NCBI GenBank assembly: GCA_964236315.1 | Contig: CAXSER010000001.1 | Location: 1-43,453, forward strand | Origin: an uncultured Acetobacteraceae bacterium | GTDB lineage: Bacteria > Pseudomonadota > Alphaproteobacteria > Acetobacterales > Acetobacteraceae | Length of the DNA stretch: 43,453 nt | Reading direction: 5' to 3' | In this document: positions 36,977 to 43,453 of the stretch, one piece after another | Layout: each line of letters begins with the position of its first letter | Numbering within the stretch: the first letter of the stretch is position 1 | Position numbers and translations under genes: made by a program | Notes under the pieces: generated by a model | Seen by the model: only the letters and a program-made list of their open reading frames with translations | What the model was told of the DNA's origin: nothing | Database searches by the model: none

Positions 36977-36994
36977 AAACATAAGGATATGTTT
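36977..36994. promoter_or_regulatory. AT-rich palindrome AAACATA-AGGA-TATGTTT in the ahcY leader
   Basis: Perfect 7-bp arms, located 21-38 nt upstream of the ahcY ATG. It lies in the divergent ahcY / cytochrome b561 intergenic region. Confidence 0.3.
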
Positions 36995-37195
36995 ATGAGT
37001 GCTGCCTAGCACGGCCGGCAGTCGGAAAGGAAGGCCGGATTTCGCCATGCCAGCCGCATCGCGGACCGGGCGCGTCGGCCGGCAAATGCCCTGCTTGTCG
37101 ATCAGCGGTCCAGCGGGGGGCGCGGGATTACGGGTGGACGCCCGAGGACTGGGACGCGAGAGTGCGGCGCAGAAACGGTGGGGACGCGGCACGCA

Positions 37196-37798
37196 ATGGC
37201 AGACATGGCACGACGGATTGGGCTGCGACCGACCACGCTGACAGACCGCTTCCCGCCGCCCGGCGGCCGCTACACCGCGACCGCCCAGGCCCTGCACTGG
37301 ATCGTCGCCGTCCTGTTCATCGCCCAGGTGGTCATCGCCTGGACCCTCGTGGTGCGTGCCGACGGCGACCCTGGCGCCGCGTTCTGGCTCACCCTGCACA
37401 AGTCGATCGGCGTGACCATCCTGGCGCTGGTCGCGATCCGCCTGGCCTGGCGTGCCTCGCATCCCGCGCCGCCGCTGCCGCCGCGCATGCCGCTGTGGGA
37501 GAAGATCCTCGCCCGCGTGAACCACTGGGTGCTGTACGCGATCCTGCTCGTCATGCCGATCAGCGGCTACCTGTCCTCCGCCGCGGCAGGACACACCATC
37601 CACTACTTCTGGCTGTTCGACCTGCCCAACCTGCCGCAGTCCAAGGAGCTGGCGCACAACGCCATCGTCGTCCACGTCGTCGGGCAGTGGTTCATCTACG
37701 CCGCGGTCGTCCTGCACCTGAGCGGCACCGCCTGGAACCTCGTGGTCCGCCGCGACGGCTCGCTGAACCGCATGCTGCCGGAGCAGACCGAGGCCTGA
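37196..37798 (+). CDS. Cytochrome b561 (CybB-like) family membrane protein
   Basis: '…YTATAQALHWIVAVLFIAQVV…TLHKSIGVTIL…HWVLYAILLVMPISGY…HVVGQWFIYAAVVLHL' shows the conserved His pattern. Start is ambiguous among 37178, 37196 and 37205. Confidence 0.8.
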   Translation: MADMARRIGLRPTTLTDRFPPPGGRYTATAQALHWIVAVLFIAQVVIAWTLVVRADGDPGAAFWLTLHKSIGVTILALVAIRLAWRASHPAPPLPPRMPLWEKILARVNHWVLYAILLVMPISGYLSSAAAGHTIHYFWLFDLPNLPQSKELAHNAIVVHVVGQWFIYAAVVLHLSGTAWNLVVRRDGSLNRMLPEQTEA

Positions 37799-37883
37799 TC
37801 CCGCCGGGCGCGGACCAGGAAGCAAGCCCGGGCTCTCCCTCCGCTGCCCATTCCGCCGACCCAAGCGGGTCGTCAGAACCTTT

Positions 37884-37999
37884 GGGCAGCTACGCCCAGA
37901 CCCGCCAGGGGCGAGCCGCCCCGTGACCGGCCTTGCTTAAGTAAAGCCAGTCCGGGGCGGCTCGCCCTGGCGGAGTTTGAGGCAGAGCCTCAACCTTGC
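37884..37999 (-). repeat. Copy C of the ~120-bp element (inverted orientation, one terminus degenerate)
   Basis: The reverse complement starts GCAAGGTTGAGGCTCTGCCTCAAACTCCGCCAGGG…. That end is 13 nt from the epoxide hydrolase stop. Confidence 0.8.
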
Positions 38000-38012
38000 T
38001 TCCTGCCGGCTT

Positions 38013-39146
38013 TCAGGCGCCCCGTGCCCACTCCCGCAGGTCCTGCACCAGCGGCCCGGGGTTCTCCAGCGCGGCGAAGTGCCCGCCGTGCGCCATCCCG
38101 GTCCATCGCGACACGTTGAAGCCCTTCTCGGCATATCCCCGCGGCGGCCACGGGTGCAGCGGATCCGGGAACCGCGCGAACGCGGTCGGCACCTCCACCC
38201 GGCAGCCCGGCGGCAGCGAGCGCAGCCCGGCCTCCATCGCCGCCGCGTAGAACCGGATCGACGGGTGGAAGGCCCCGGTCATCACGTAGATCATCACCGT
38301 GTCGAGCAGCTCCTCGCGGCTGAACACCGCCTCGAACGGACGCTCCGTCAGGTCGGACCAGTCGTGGTAGCGCTCCACGATCCACGCCGCCTGCGCCACC
38401 GGCTCCTCGCCCACCGCCCAGGACAGGCTCTGCGGCCGGCTGCCCTGCAGGTGGCGGTAGCCGCCCATGGACTGCTCGATCCCCTGCATCGCCGACGCCC
38501 ACAGCAGCTCGTCCGGTGTCTCCGGCGCCGCCGCCGGCCTGGGAAACAGCATCGTCAGGTGGATCGACGTGACGTGGTCCGCATGGTGCAGCCCCAGCAT
38601 CGCGGTCACCAGCGCGCCCCAGTCGCCGCCATGCGCCAGGTAGCGTCCGTAGCCCAGCACCTCGGTCATCAGCCCGTCCAGGAGGTCGGCGCAGCGGCGC
38701 TGGTCGATCGTGCGCGCAGGCTTGGCGGAGAAGCCGAAGTTGGGCAGCGACGGGATCACCAGGTCGAACGCGTCGCCTGCGTCGCCGCCATGCCGCGACG
38801 GGAACGCCAGCGCCTCGGCCACCTTCCAGAACTCGCGGTGCGACCCCGGCCACCCGTGGGTGAGCAGCAGCGGGCGCCGGCCCCCGGCCTCGCCGACGAC
38901 GTGCACGAAGTGCAGCTCCACCCCGTCCACCGTGGCCAGGAACTGCGGGAAGCGGTTCAGCCGCTCCACCGCCGCCCGCCAGTCGTACCCGCCGGCCCAG
39001 TAGGCGCAGAGCCCTCGGAGGAACGCGGCATCGCAGCCGTAGCGCCAGCCCTCGCCTTCCGGGACGGGGGGAAAGCGGTAGGCACGGACGCGGTCGAGCA
39101 CGGGCTCGACGGCGTCGGCGGTCCAGTCCACGCGGAAGGGGGTCAC
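38013..39146 (-). CDS. Epoxide hydrolase (EHN N-terminal domain plus alpha/beta hydrolase)
   Basis: '…FLATVDGVELHFVHV…PLLLTHGWPGSHREFWKV…', nucleophile region 'YLAHGGDWGALV'. A GTG start at 39146 with CAGGAG upstream is assumed. Confidence 0.82.
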   Translation of the reverse strand: MTPFRVDWTADAVEPVLDRVRAYRFPPVPEGEGWRYGCDAAFLRGLCAYWAGGYDWRAAVERLNRFPQFLATVDGVELHFVHVVGEAGGRRPLLLTHGWPGSHREFWKVAEALAFPSRHGGDAGDAFDLVIPSLPNFGFSAKPARTIDQRRCADLLDGLMTEVLGYGRYLAHGGDWGALVTAMLGLHHADHVTSIHLTMLFPRPAAAPETPDELLWASAMQGIEQSMGGYRHLQGSRPQSLSWAVGEEPVAQAAWIVERYHDWSDLTERPFEAVFSREELLDTVMIYVMTGAFHPSIRFYAAAMEAGLRSLPPGCRVEVPTAFARFPDPLHPWPPRGYAEKGFNVSRWTGMAHGGHFAALENPGPLVQDLREWARGA

Positions 39147-39209
39147 GGCGGGCTCCTGCTGGCGGCTCCGTAGAACCGCCCGGGGATCGCCGGAGTTGCC
39201 GCCCGGGAA

Positions 39210-39360
39210 GCAAGGCCAAAGGCTCTGCCTCTGGACTCCGCCAAAGGCTCGCCTTCGGAAACCTCGACGGGCCCTGCAGCACAGCCCCTTGCGTGTGCGG
39301 GTCCAGGGGCGCCTGCCCCCGGCGGGTCCCACCTTCAGGCATGGGGCGGAGCCCTGGCCT
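39210..39360 (+). repeat. Copy D of the element (degenerate, with insertion)
   Basis: GCAAGGCCAAAGGCTCTGCCTCTGGACTCCGCCAAAGGCTCGCCTTCGG … GGCGGGTCCC…GGCCTT. It ends directly at the mbfA stop codon. Confidence 0.6.
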
Positions 39361-40317
39361 TCAGCTCACCCCGATCACCACGCCGGTCGCGAACACCAGC
39401 GCGCCCCCGAACATCACCTGGAACGTCGCCGACACCCACGGCGTGTCCATGTAGCGCCAGCGTATCCACGAGATCGCCGCCAGCTCGACCACCACGACCA
39501 CCATCGCGACCGCCAGCGCGGTGCGGAAGTCGTGGATCAGGAACGGCAGCGTGTGTCCGATGCCGCCGAGCGTGGTCATCAGCCCGCAGATCAGGCCGCG
39601 CAGCAGCGGCGCACCGCGGCCGGACAGCTTGCCGTCGTCGGACAGCGCCTCGGCGAACCCCATCGAGATGCCGGCGCCGAGCGAGGCCGCCAGCCCGACC
39701 AGGAAGGCGTTCCACGGCAGGTGCGTGGCGAAGGCGGCGGCGAACACCGGCGCCAGTGTGGACACCGAGCCGTCCATCAGCCCGACCAGCGCCGGCTGCA
39801 CGATCTGCAGCACGAAGCGGCGGCGGCCGTTGTCGTCCTCCGCCTCGCGCCGGCCCTCGTCGAGGTGCCTCTCCTCGATGATCCCGGCCATGTGCTCGTG
39901 CGAGGCCTCCGCCTCCGCCAGGTCGCCCAGCAGCCGGCGGATCGAGGCGTCCGTGCTCAGCTCCGCCGCCTGTCGGTAGAAGCGGGCGGCCGAGAACTCC
40001 ATCTCGCGCGCCTGCCTGCGCACGGCGTCGATGCCGAGCGGGCGGAAGTGCGTCACCGGCCTGCGCTGCACGAAGCCGCGCACGTCCTGGCGCCGCACCA
40101 GCGGGATGTGCTCGCCGAACCGGGTCACGTACAGGTCGAGCAGCTGGCGGCGGTGCTGGCCTTCCTCGGCGGCCATGTCGTCGAACACCCCCGCGCTGTC
40201 TGGGTAATCCGACCGCAGGTTGTCGGCGAAGTCGGCGTAGATGCGCCCGTCCTCCTCCTCGCTGCAGATGGCAAGGGCGAGGATCTCGCGTTCGGTCAGG
40301 TCTGTGAAGTTGCGCAT
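39361..40317 (-). CDS. mbfA: Membrane-bound ferritin-like/VIT1-CCC1 iron exporter (MbfA)
   Basis: N-terminal erythrin/ferritin-like domain ('[23 protein letters not shown]…EEGQHR…[10 protein letters not shown]…EAEASHE'). C-terminal VIT1 membrane domain ('[17 protein letters not shown]…'). Confidence 0.85.
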   Translation of the reverse strand: MRNFTDLTEREILALAICSEEEDGRIYADFADNLRSDYPDSAGVFDDMAAEEGQHRRQLLDLYVTRFGEHIPLVRRQDVRGFVQRRPVTHFRPLGIDAVRRQAREMEFSAARFYRQAAELSTDASIRRLLGDLAEAEASHEHMAGIIEERHLDEGRREAEDDNGRRRFVLQIVQPALVGLMDGSVSTLAPVFAAAFATHLPWNAFLVGLAASLGAGISMGFAEALSDDGKLSGRGAPLLRGLICGLMTTLGGIGHTLPFLIHDFRTALAVAMVVVVVELAAISWIRWRYMDTPWVSATFQVMFGGALVFATGVVIGVS

Positions 40318-40363
40318 GCCGGCAATGTGCCAGCCCTGACAGCTTTTGCAAGTAGAGACGGGA

Positions 40364-40384
40364 ATCTGAGAATGCTTCTCAGAT
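40364..40384. promoter_or_regulatory. ICE-like (iron control element, Irr-type) palindrome upstream of mbfA
   Basis: ATCTGAGAA-TGC-TTCTCAGAT has perfect 9-bp arms and an AGAA-N3-TTCT core identical to the ICE consensus TTTAGAA-N3-TTCTAAA. It lies 47-67 nt upstream of the mbfA ATG. Confidence 0.6.
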
Positions 40385-40432
40385 GCGTTCGCGTCCTGAC
40401 GAAGTAATGGTCGACGTCGTGTCGGGCCGGCT

Positions 40433-42034
40433 TCAGTGCCGGAAGTGACGCATCCCCGTGAACACCATCGCAAGCCCGGCGGCGTCGGCGGCCGCGATCA
40501 CCTCGGCGTCGCGCACGGAGCCGCCCGGCTGGATCACCGCGGTGGCGCCGGCGTCGACCGCCGCCTGCAGCCCGTCGGCGAACGGGAAGAAGGCGTCCGA
40601 CGCCACCACCGAGCCCTGCGTCAGGCGCTCCCCCAGCCCGGCCGCCTGCGCCGCCGCCTCGCCCTTCAGCACCGCGACGCGTGCGGAGTCGACGCGGCTC
40701 ATCTGCCCGGCGCCGATGCCCACCGTGGCGCCGCCGCGGGCGTAGACGATGGCGTTGGACTTGACGTGCTTGCACACCCGGAACGCGAACAGCAGGTCCG
40801 CCAGCTCCGCCGCATCCGGCGCGCGGCGGGTCACGACACGCAGCTCCGCCTCGCCCACCCGCCCGGCGTCGCGCGTCTGCACCAGCAGGCCGCCGGCCAG
40901 GCTGCGCAGCATCAGCCCGCCGGTCCCCGGCTGCTGCGCGGCCGGGTCCGGCACGGCGCCGGTCAGCAGCAGGCGCAGCGCGGTCCTGCGCGACAGCACG
41001 GCCAGCGCGGCCTCGCTGGCGTCGGGCGCCACGATCACCTCGGTGAAGATCGTGGCGATTCGCGCCGCCGTCTCCTCGTCGAGCGTGCGGTTGAGCGCCA
41101 CGATGCCGCCGAACGCGGAGGACGGGTCGCAGCGCAGGGCCAGGTCCCAGGCCTGCGGCAGGCTGTGCGCCACCGCCACGCCGCACGGGTTGGCGTGCTT
41201 GACGATGACCACGGCGGGCCCTTCGAACTCGGCCACGCACTCGAAGGCGGCGTCGGTGTCGTTGAGGTTGTTGTAGCTGAGCGCCTTGCCCTGCACCTGG
41301 CGCGCCGTGGCCACCCCGGGCCGGGCGGGGCCGGCGCCGCCGAGGCCGTAGAACGCGGCCTGCTGGTGCGGATTCTCCCCGTAGCGCATCGGCTGGACGA
41401 GAGTGGCCGCGACCGTCAGCCGCGCGGGGAACAGCGTGCCGGACCGCCCGGCGAACCAGGCCGCGATCGCCGCGTCGTAGGCGGCCGTGCGGGCGTAGGC
41501 CTGCGCCGCCATCTCGCGCCGCAGCGCCAGGGGGGGGCCGCCGTCCTGGCCGACTGCCTCGATCAGCGCCGCGTACTGCGCCGGCTCGGTGAGCACGAGG
41601 ACGTGCGCATGGTTCTTCGCCGCGGCGCGAATCAGCGCCGGGCCGCCGATGTCGATCTGCTCCACGCAGTCGTCAAAGCCGGCGCCCGCGGCCACGGTGG
41701 TCTCGAACGGGTAGAGGTTGACCACCACGAGGTCGATCGGCGCGATGCCATGTTCTGCGAGCTGCGCCATGTGCGCGGCATCGTCGCGCCGCGCCAGGAT
41801 GCCGCCGTGGATCTGCGGCACCAGGGTCTTCACCCGCCCGTCGAGCATCTCCGGCACGCCGGTGTGGTCGGACACCTCGACCACGGGGAGGCCGGCCTCG
41901 CGCAGGGTGCGCGCCGTGCCGCCGGTGGACAGCAGCTCGACCCCGGCGGCGACAAGCGCCTGCGCCAGGGCCACGAGGCCGGTCTTGTCGGACACGGAGA
42001 GCAGGGCGCGTCGGATCGCAACGATGTCTGTCAT
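40433..42034 (-). CDS. purH: Bifunctional AICAR transformylase / IMP cyclohydrolase
   Basis: '[20 protein letters not shown]…LLSTGGTA…[18 protein letters not shown]…', C-terminal '…[11 protein letters not shown]'. Confidence 0.93.
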   Translation of the reverse strand: MTDIVAIRRALLSVSDKTGLVALAQALVAAGVELLSTGGTARTLREAGLPVVEVSDHTGVPEMLDGRVKTLVPQIHGGILARRDDAAHMAQLAEHGIAPIDLVVVNLYPFETTVAAGAGFDDCVEQIDIGGPALIRAAAKNHAHVLVLTEPAQYAALIEAVGQDGGPPLALRREMAAQAYARTAAYDAAIAAWFAGRSGTLFPARLTVAATLVQPMRYGENPHQQAAFYGLGGAGPARPGVATARQVQGKALSYNNLNDTDAAFECVAEFEGPAVVIVKHANPCGVAVAHSLPQAWDLALRCDPSSAFGGIVALNRTLDEETAARIATIFTEVIVAPDASEAALAVLSRRTALRLLLTGAVPDPAAQQPGTGGLMLRSLAGGLLVQTRDAGRVGEAELRVVTRRAPDAAELADLLFAFRVCKHVKSNAIVYARGGATVGIGAGQMSRVDSARVAVLKGEAAAQAAGLGERLTQGSVVASDAFFPFADGLQAAVDAGATAVIQPGGSVRDAEVIAAADAAGLAMVFTGMRHFRH

Positions 42035-42096
42035 GGCGGGCGCATAGCCCCGCGGCAGGGCCGTGCGCAAGCGGAACGGCCCCGGCCTGGAAGAAA

Positions 42097-42214
42097 GCAA
42101 GGCCGGGCTCTGCCCGGACCCGCCAGGGCGAGCCGCCCTGGACCGGCTTTCCCCAGGGAAGGCGATCCAAGGGCCCGGCCCTTGGCGGAATTTGAGGCAG
42201 AGCCTCGACCTTGC
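42097..42214 (-). repeat. Copy E of the ~120-bp element (inverted orientation)
   Basis: The reverse complement starts GCAAGGTCGAGGCTCTGCCTCAAATTCCGCCAAGGGCCGGGCCCTTGG…. It abuts the stop codon of the hydrolase gene at 42215. Confidence 0.85.
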
Positions 42215-43309
42215 TCAGCGCGCCGCCTGTCGCCAGCTCGGCAGGCTGTCGAGGAAGTCGCCCAGGGTGTTGGTCCAGGCCTCCGCCTGGAAGATCGTGG
42301 CATGGCCGTAGCCCTTGCCGCCGCTGTCGAGCAGCACGAACCGCCCGTGCGGCAGGTGCTCCACGGTCGCGCGCGGCTGCGGCAGCGTGTCCGGGTTGAC
42401 CAGGTCGTCGGCGAAGTTGATCGCCAGCAGCGGCGCCCGGATCCTGCCGACGTCCGGCGCCGGGTCGTAGTCGGCCGAGCTGCGGTAGTCGTACAGCGTG
42501 TCGTTGGCGTCGCGCCCCTGGTACTTGGCGATCAGCGAGTCGTACTGCGCCAGCGTCTTCTCCCGGTCCGAGCCTGTGGTTTGCAGCCGGTCGGCGTTGC
42601 CCACCATGATCGCGAACAGCGGCGCCGCGAGCTTCGTCCACTGGGTCGGCGGGTGCGCGGGGTCGTACTCCCCGCCGTGGAAGTCGGGGTCGTTCTCGAT
42701 GGCGTGGATGGCGATCAGCCGCCACAGCAGGTTGCGGCCGCTGATCTGCATCGGCATCGAGGCGACCGGCGCCAGGGCGTCCATCGCGTCCGGGTAGCGC
42801 TCGCCCCACAGCCAGGTCTGCATGCCCCCCTGCGAGATGCCGCTCACCAGCTTCAGGTGGGTGATGCCCAGGCCGTCGAGCATGGCGTGCTGCGCCTCGA
42901 CCTGGTCGATGTAGCCGTAGTGCGGGAAGCGGCCGCGCAGGCCGTCGGACGGCTTGGTGGAGCCGCCGGCACCGATGCCGTCGGCCAGCACCGAGTAGGT
43001 GCGGGCTGCGTCGAGCGGCTGCCCCGGGCCGAACAGGTTGTCGGCGAGGCTGGGCTGCAGGAAGTTGCGGGCGTTGCCGGTGGTGCCATGCAGCAGCAGC
43101 ACGGCGTTGTCGATGCGCCCGTCCGCGTCGCGGTGCGGCGTGCCGACCGCGACGTAGTGCAGGCGCAGCGGCAGGTGCTCGCCGCTGCGGAAGGCGAAGT
43201 CCGCGACGTCGACGTCGCCCTCGGCGACCGGCAGCGACGCCGCATGGGCCGCGCAGAGGCCGGCGCCCAGCAGCACCCCGGCCAGCCAAAGTCCCGTCCG
43301 CCGTCGCAT
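42215..43309 (-). CDS. Secreted alpha/beta-fold hydrolase
   Basis: Signal peptide 'MRRRTGLWLAGVLLGAGLCAAHAA', 'LLLHGTTG', and nucleophile elbow 'GISQGG'. Confidence 0.75.
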   Translation of the reverse strand: MRRRTGLWLAGVLLGAGLCAAHAASLPVAEGDVDVADFAFRSGEHLPLRLHYVAVGTPHRDADGRIDNAVLLLHGTTGNARNFLQPSLADNLFGPGQPLDAARTYSVLADGIGAGGSTKPSDGLRGRFPHYGYIDQVEAQHAMLDGLGITHLKLVSGISQGGMQTWLWGERYPDAMDALAPVASMPMQISGRNLLWRLIAIHAIENDPDFHGGEYDPAHPPTQWTKLAAPLFAIMVGNADRLQTTGSDREKTLAQYDSLIAKYQGRDANDTLYDYRSSADYDPAPDVGRIRAPLLAINFADDLVNPDTLPQPRATVEHLPHGRFVLLDSGGKGYGHATIFQAEAWTNTLGDFLDSLPSWRQAAR

Positions 43310-43340
43310 CGTGCTCTCCCGTCCGTTGCCGATGAAGCAA

Positions 43341-43453
43341 GCAAGGTTGAGGCTCCGCCTCAAACTCCGCCAGGGGGAGCCCCCCTGGACTGGCTCCCCT
43401 TAGAAAGCGCCGGTCCAGGGGCGGCTCGCCCCTGGCGGGTCCGGGCAGAGCCC
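43341..43453 (+). repeat. Copy F of the ~120-bp element (truncated by window end)
   Basis: GCAAGGTTGAGGCTCCGCCTCAAACTCCGCCAGGGGGAGCCCCCCTGG…GGCGGGTCCGGGCAGAGCCC. It starts 32 nt upstream of the hydrolase start codon. Confidence 0.8.

Noticed and set aside
36957-37060. SAH riboswitch in the ahcY leader
   Set aside because: I could not find the conserved …GAGGAGCGCUGC… / …AACGGCGCUCAC… core on the ahcY strand.
42035-42214. ZTP (pfl) riboswitch upstream of purH
   Set aside because: The leader is almost entirely occupied by repeat copy E. I found no GGGUCGUGAC / CCGCCUGGGC-type core; the repeat's CGCCCTGGCGGG only superficially resembles it.
41673-43340. 555-aa minus-strand ORF crossing purH, repeat copy E and the hydrolase gene
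   Set aside because: It is an off-frame Arg/Pro/Gly-rich read-through. It runs across an intergenic repeat, and the true frames on the same strand carry the purH and alpha/beta-hydrolase motifs.
2444-43453. Whether the recurring ~120-bp sequence could be a CRISPR array or encode a conserved peptide ('[18 protein letters not shown]…' appears in several track ORFs)
   Set aside because: The copies are kilobases apart and occur in both orientations, each in a separate intergenic region with no regular spacer pattern. The peptide similarity is simply the same DNA translated, and the frames and stops differ between copies.

Overview
43.5 kb chromosomal segment that is visibly very GC-rich (not computed). 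Several features point to an alphaproteobacterium, by inference only: mbfA with an Irr-type ICE operator, MmcB, a PCuAC-like gene, and a possible dxs 3' end next to tlyA. I can support about 42 protein-coding genes. Most are housekeeping or envelope functions: tlyA, aroC, fabI, pdxH, ribA, trx-TPR, Trm112, hldE-like, thpR, tesA/ybbA/ybbP-like, BI-1, two further ABC systems, MFS, ycgN, yjbQ, cspA, ahcY, mbfA and purH. I recognised no rRNA, tRNA, CRISPR array, transposase or integrase. Because of the GC content, the ORF track is full of long antisense or off-frame shadow ORFs, which I rejected. Four things stand out. (1) A lone 1032-aa phage tail-fibre/tailspike-like gene (14927-18025) sits among housekeeping genes. 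It has a non-secretory N-terminus, a coiled-coil stalk built from perfect in-frame 210-bp tandem repeats, and a Cys-rich C-terminal half that may be beta-helical. (2) A family of ~120-bp nested-palindromic, MITE/Correia-like intergenic elements occurs six times, four of them in the last 5.6 kb. In five copies one end lies 0-12 nt from a stop codon, and the internal hairpin shows compensatory substitutions between copies. (3) The adjacent HldE homologue has eroded signatures in both catalytic domains. (4) A near-perfect ICE-like palindrome lies upstream of mbfA. Other notes: a tightly packed thpR/PCuAC-like/UDG/mmcB operon whose PCuAC-like member lacks the Cu ligands, an orphan 401-aa protein, sub-threshold small ORFs, and AT-rich palindromes. 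All homology calls come from motif recognition by eye; no searches were run.
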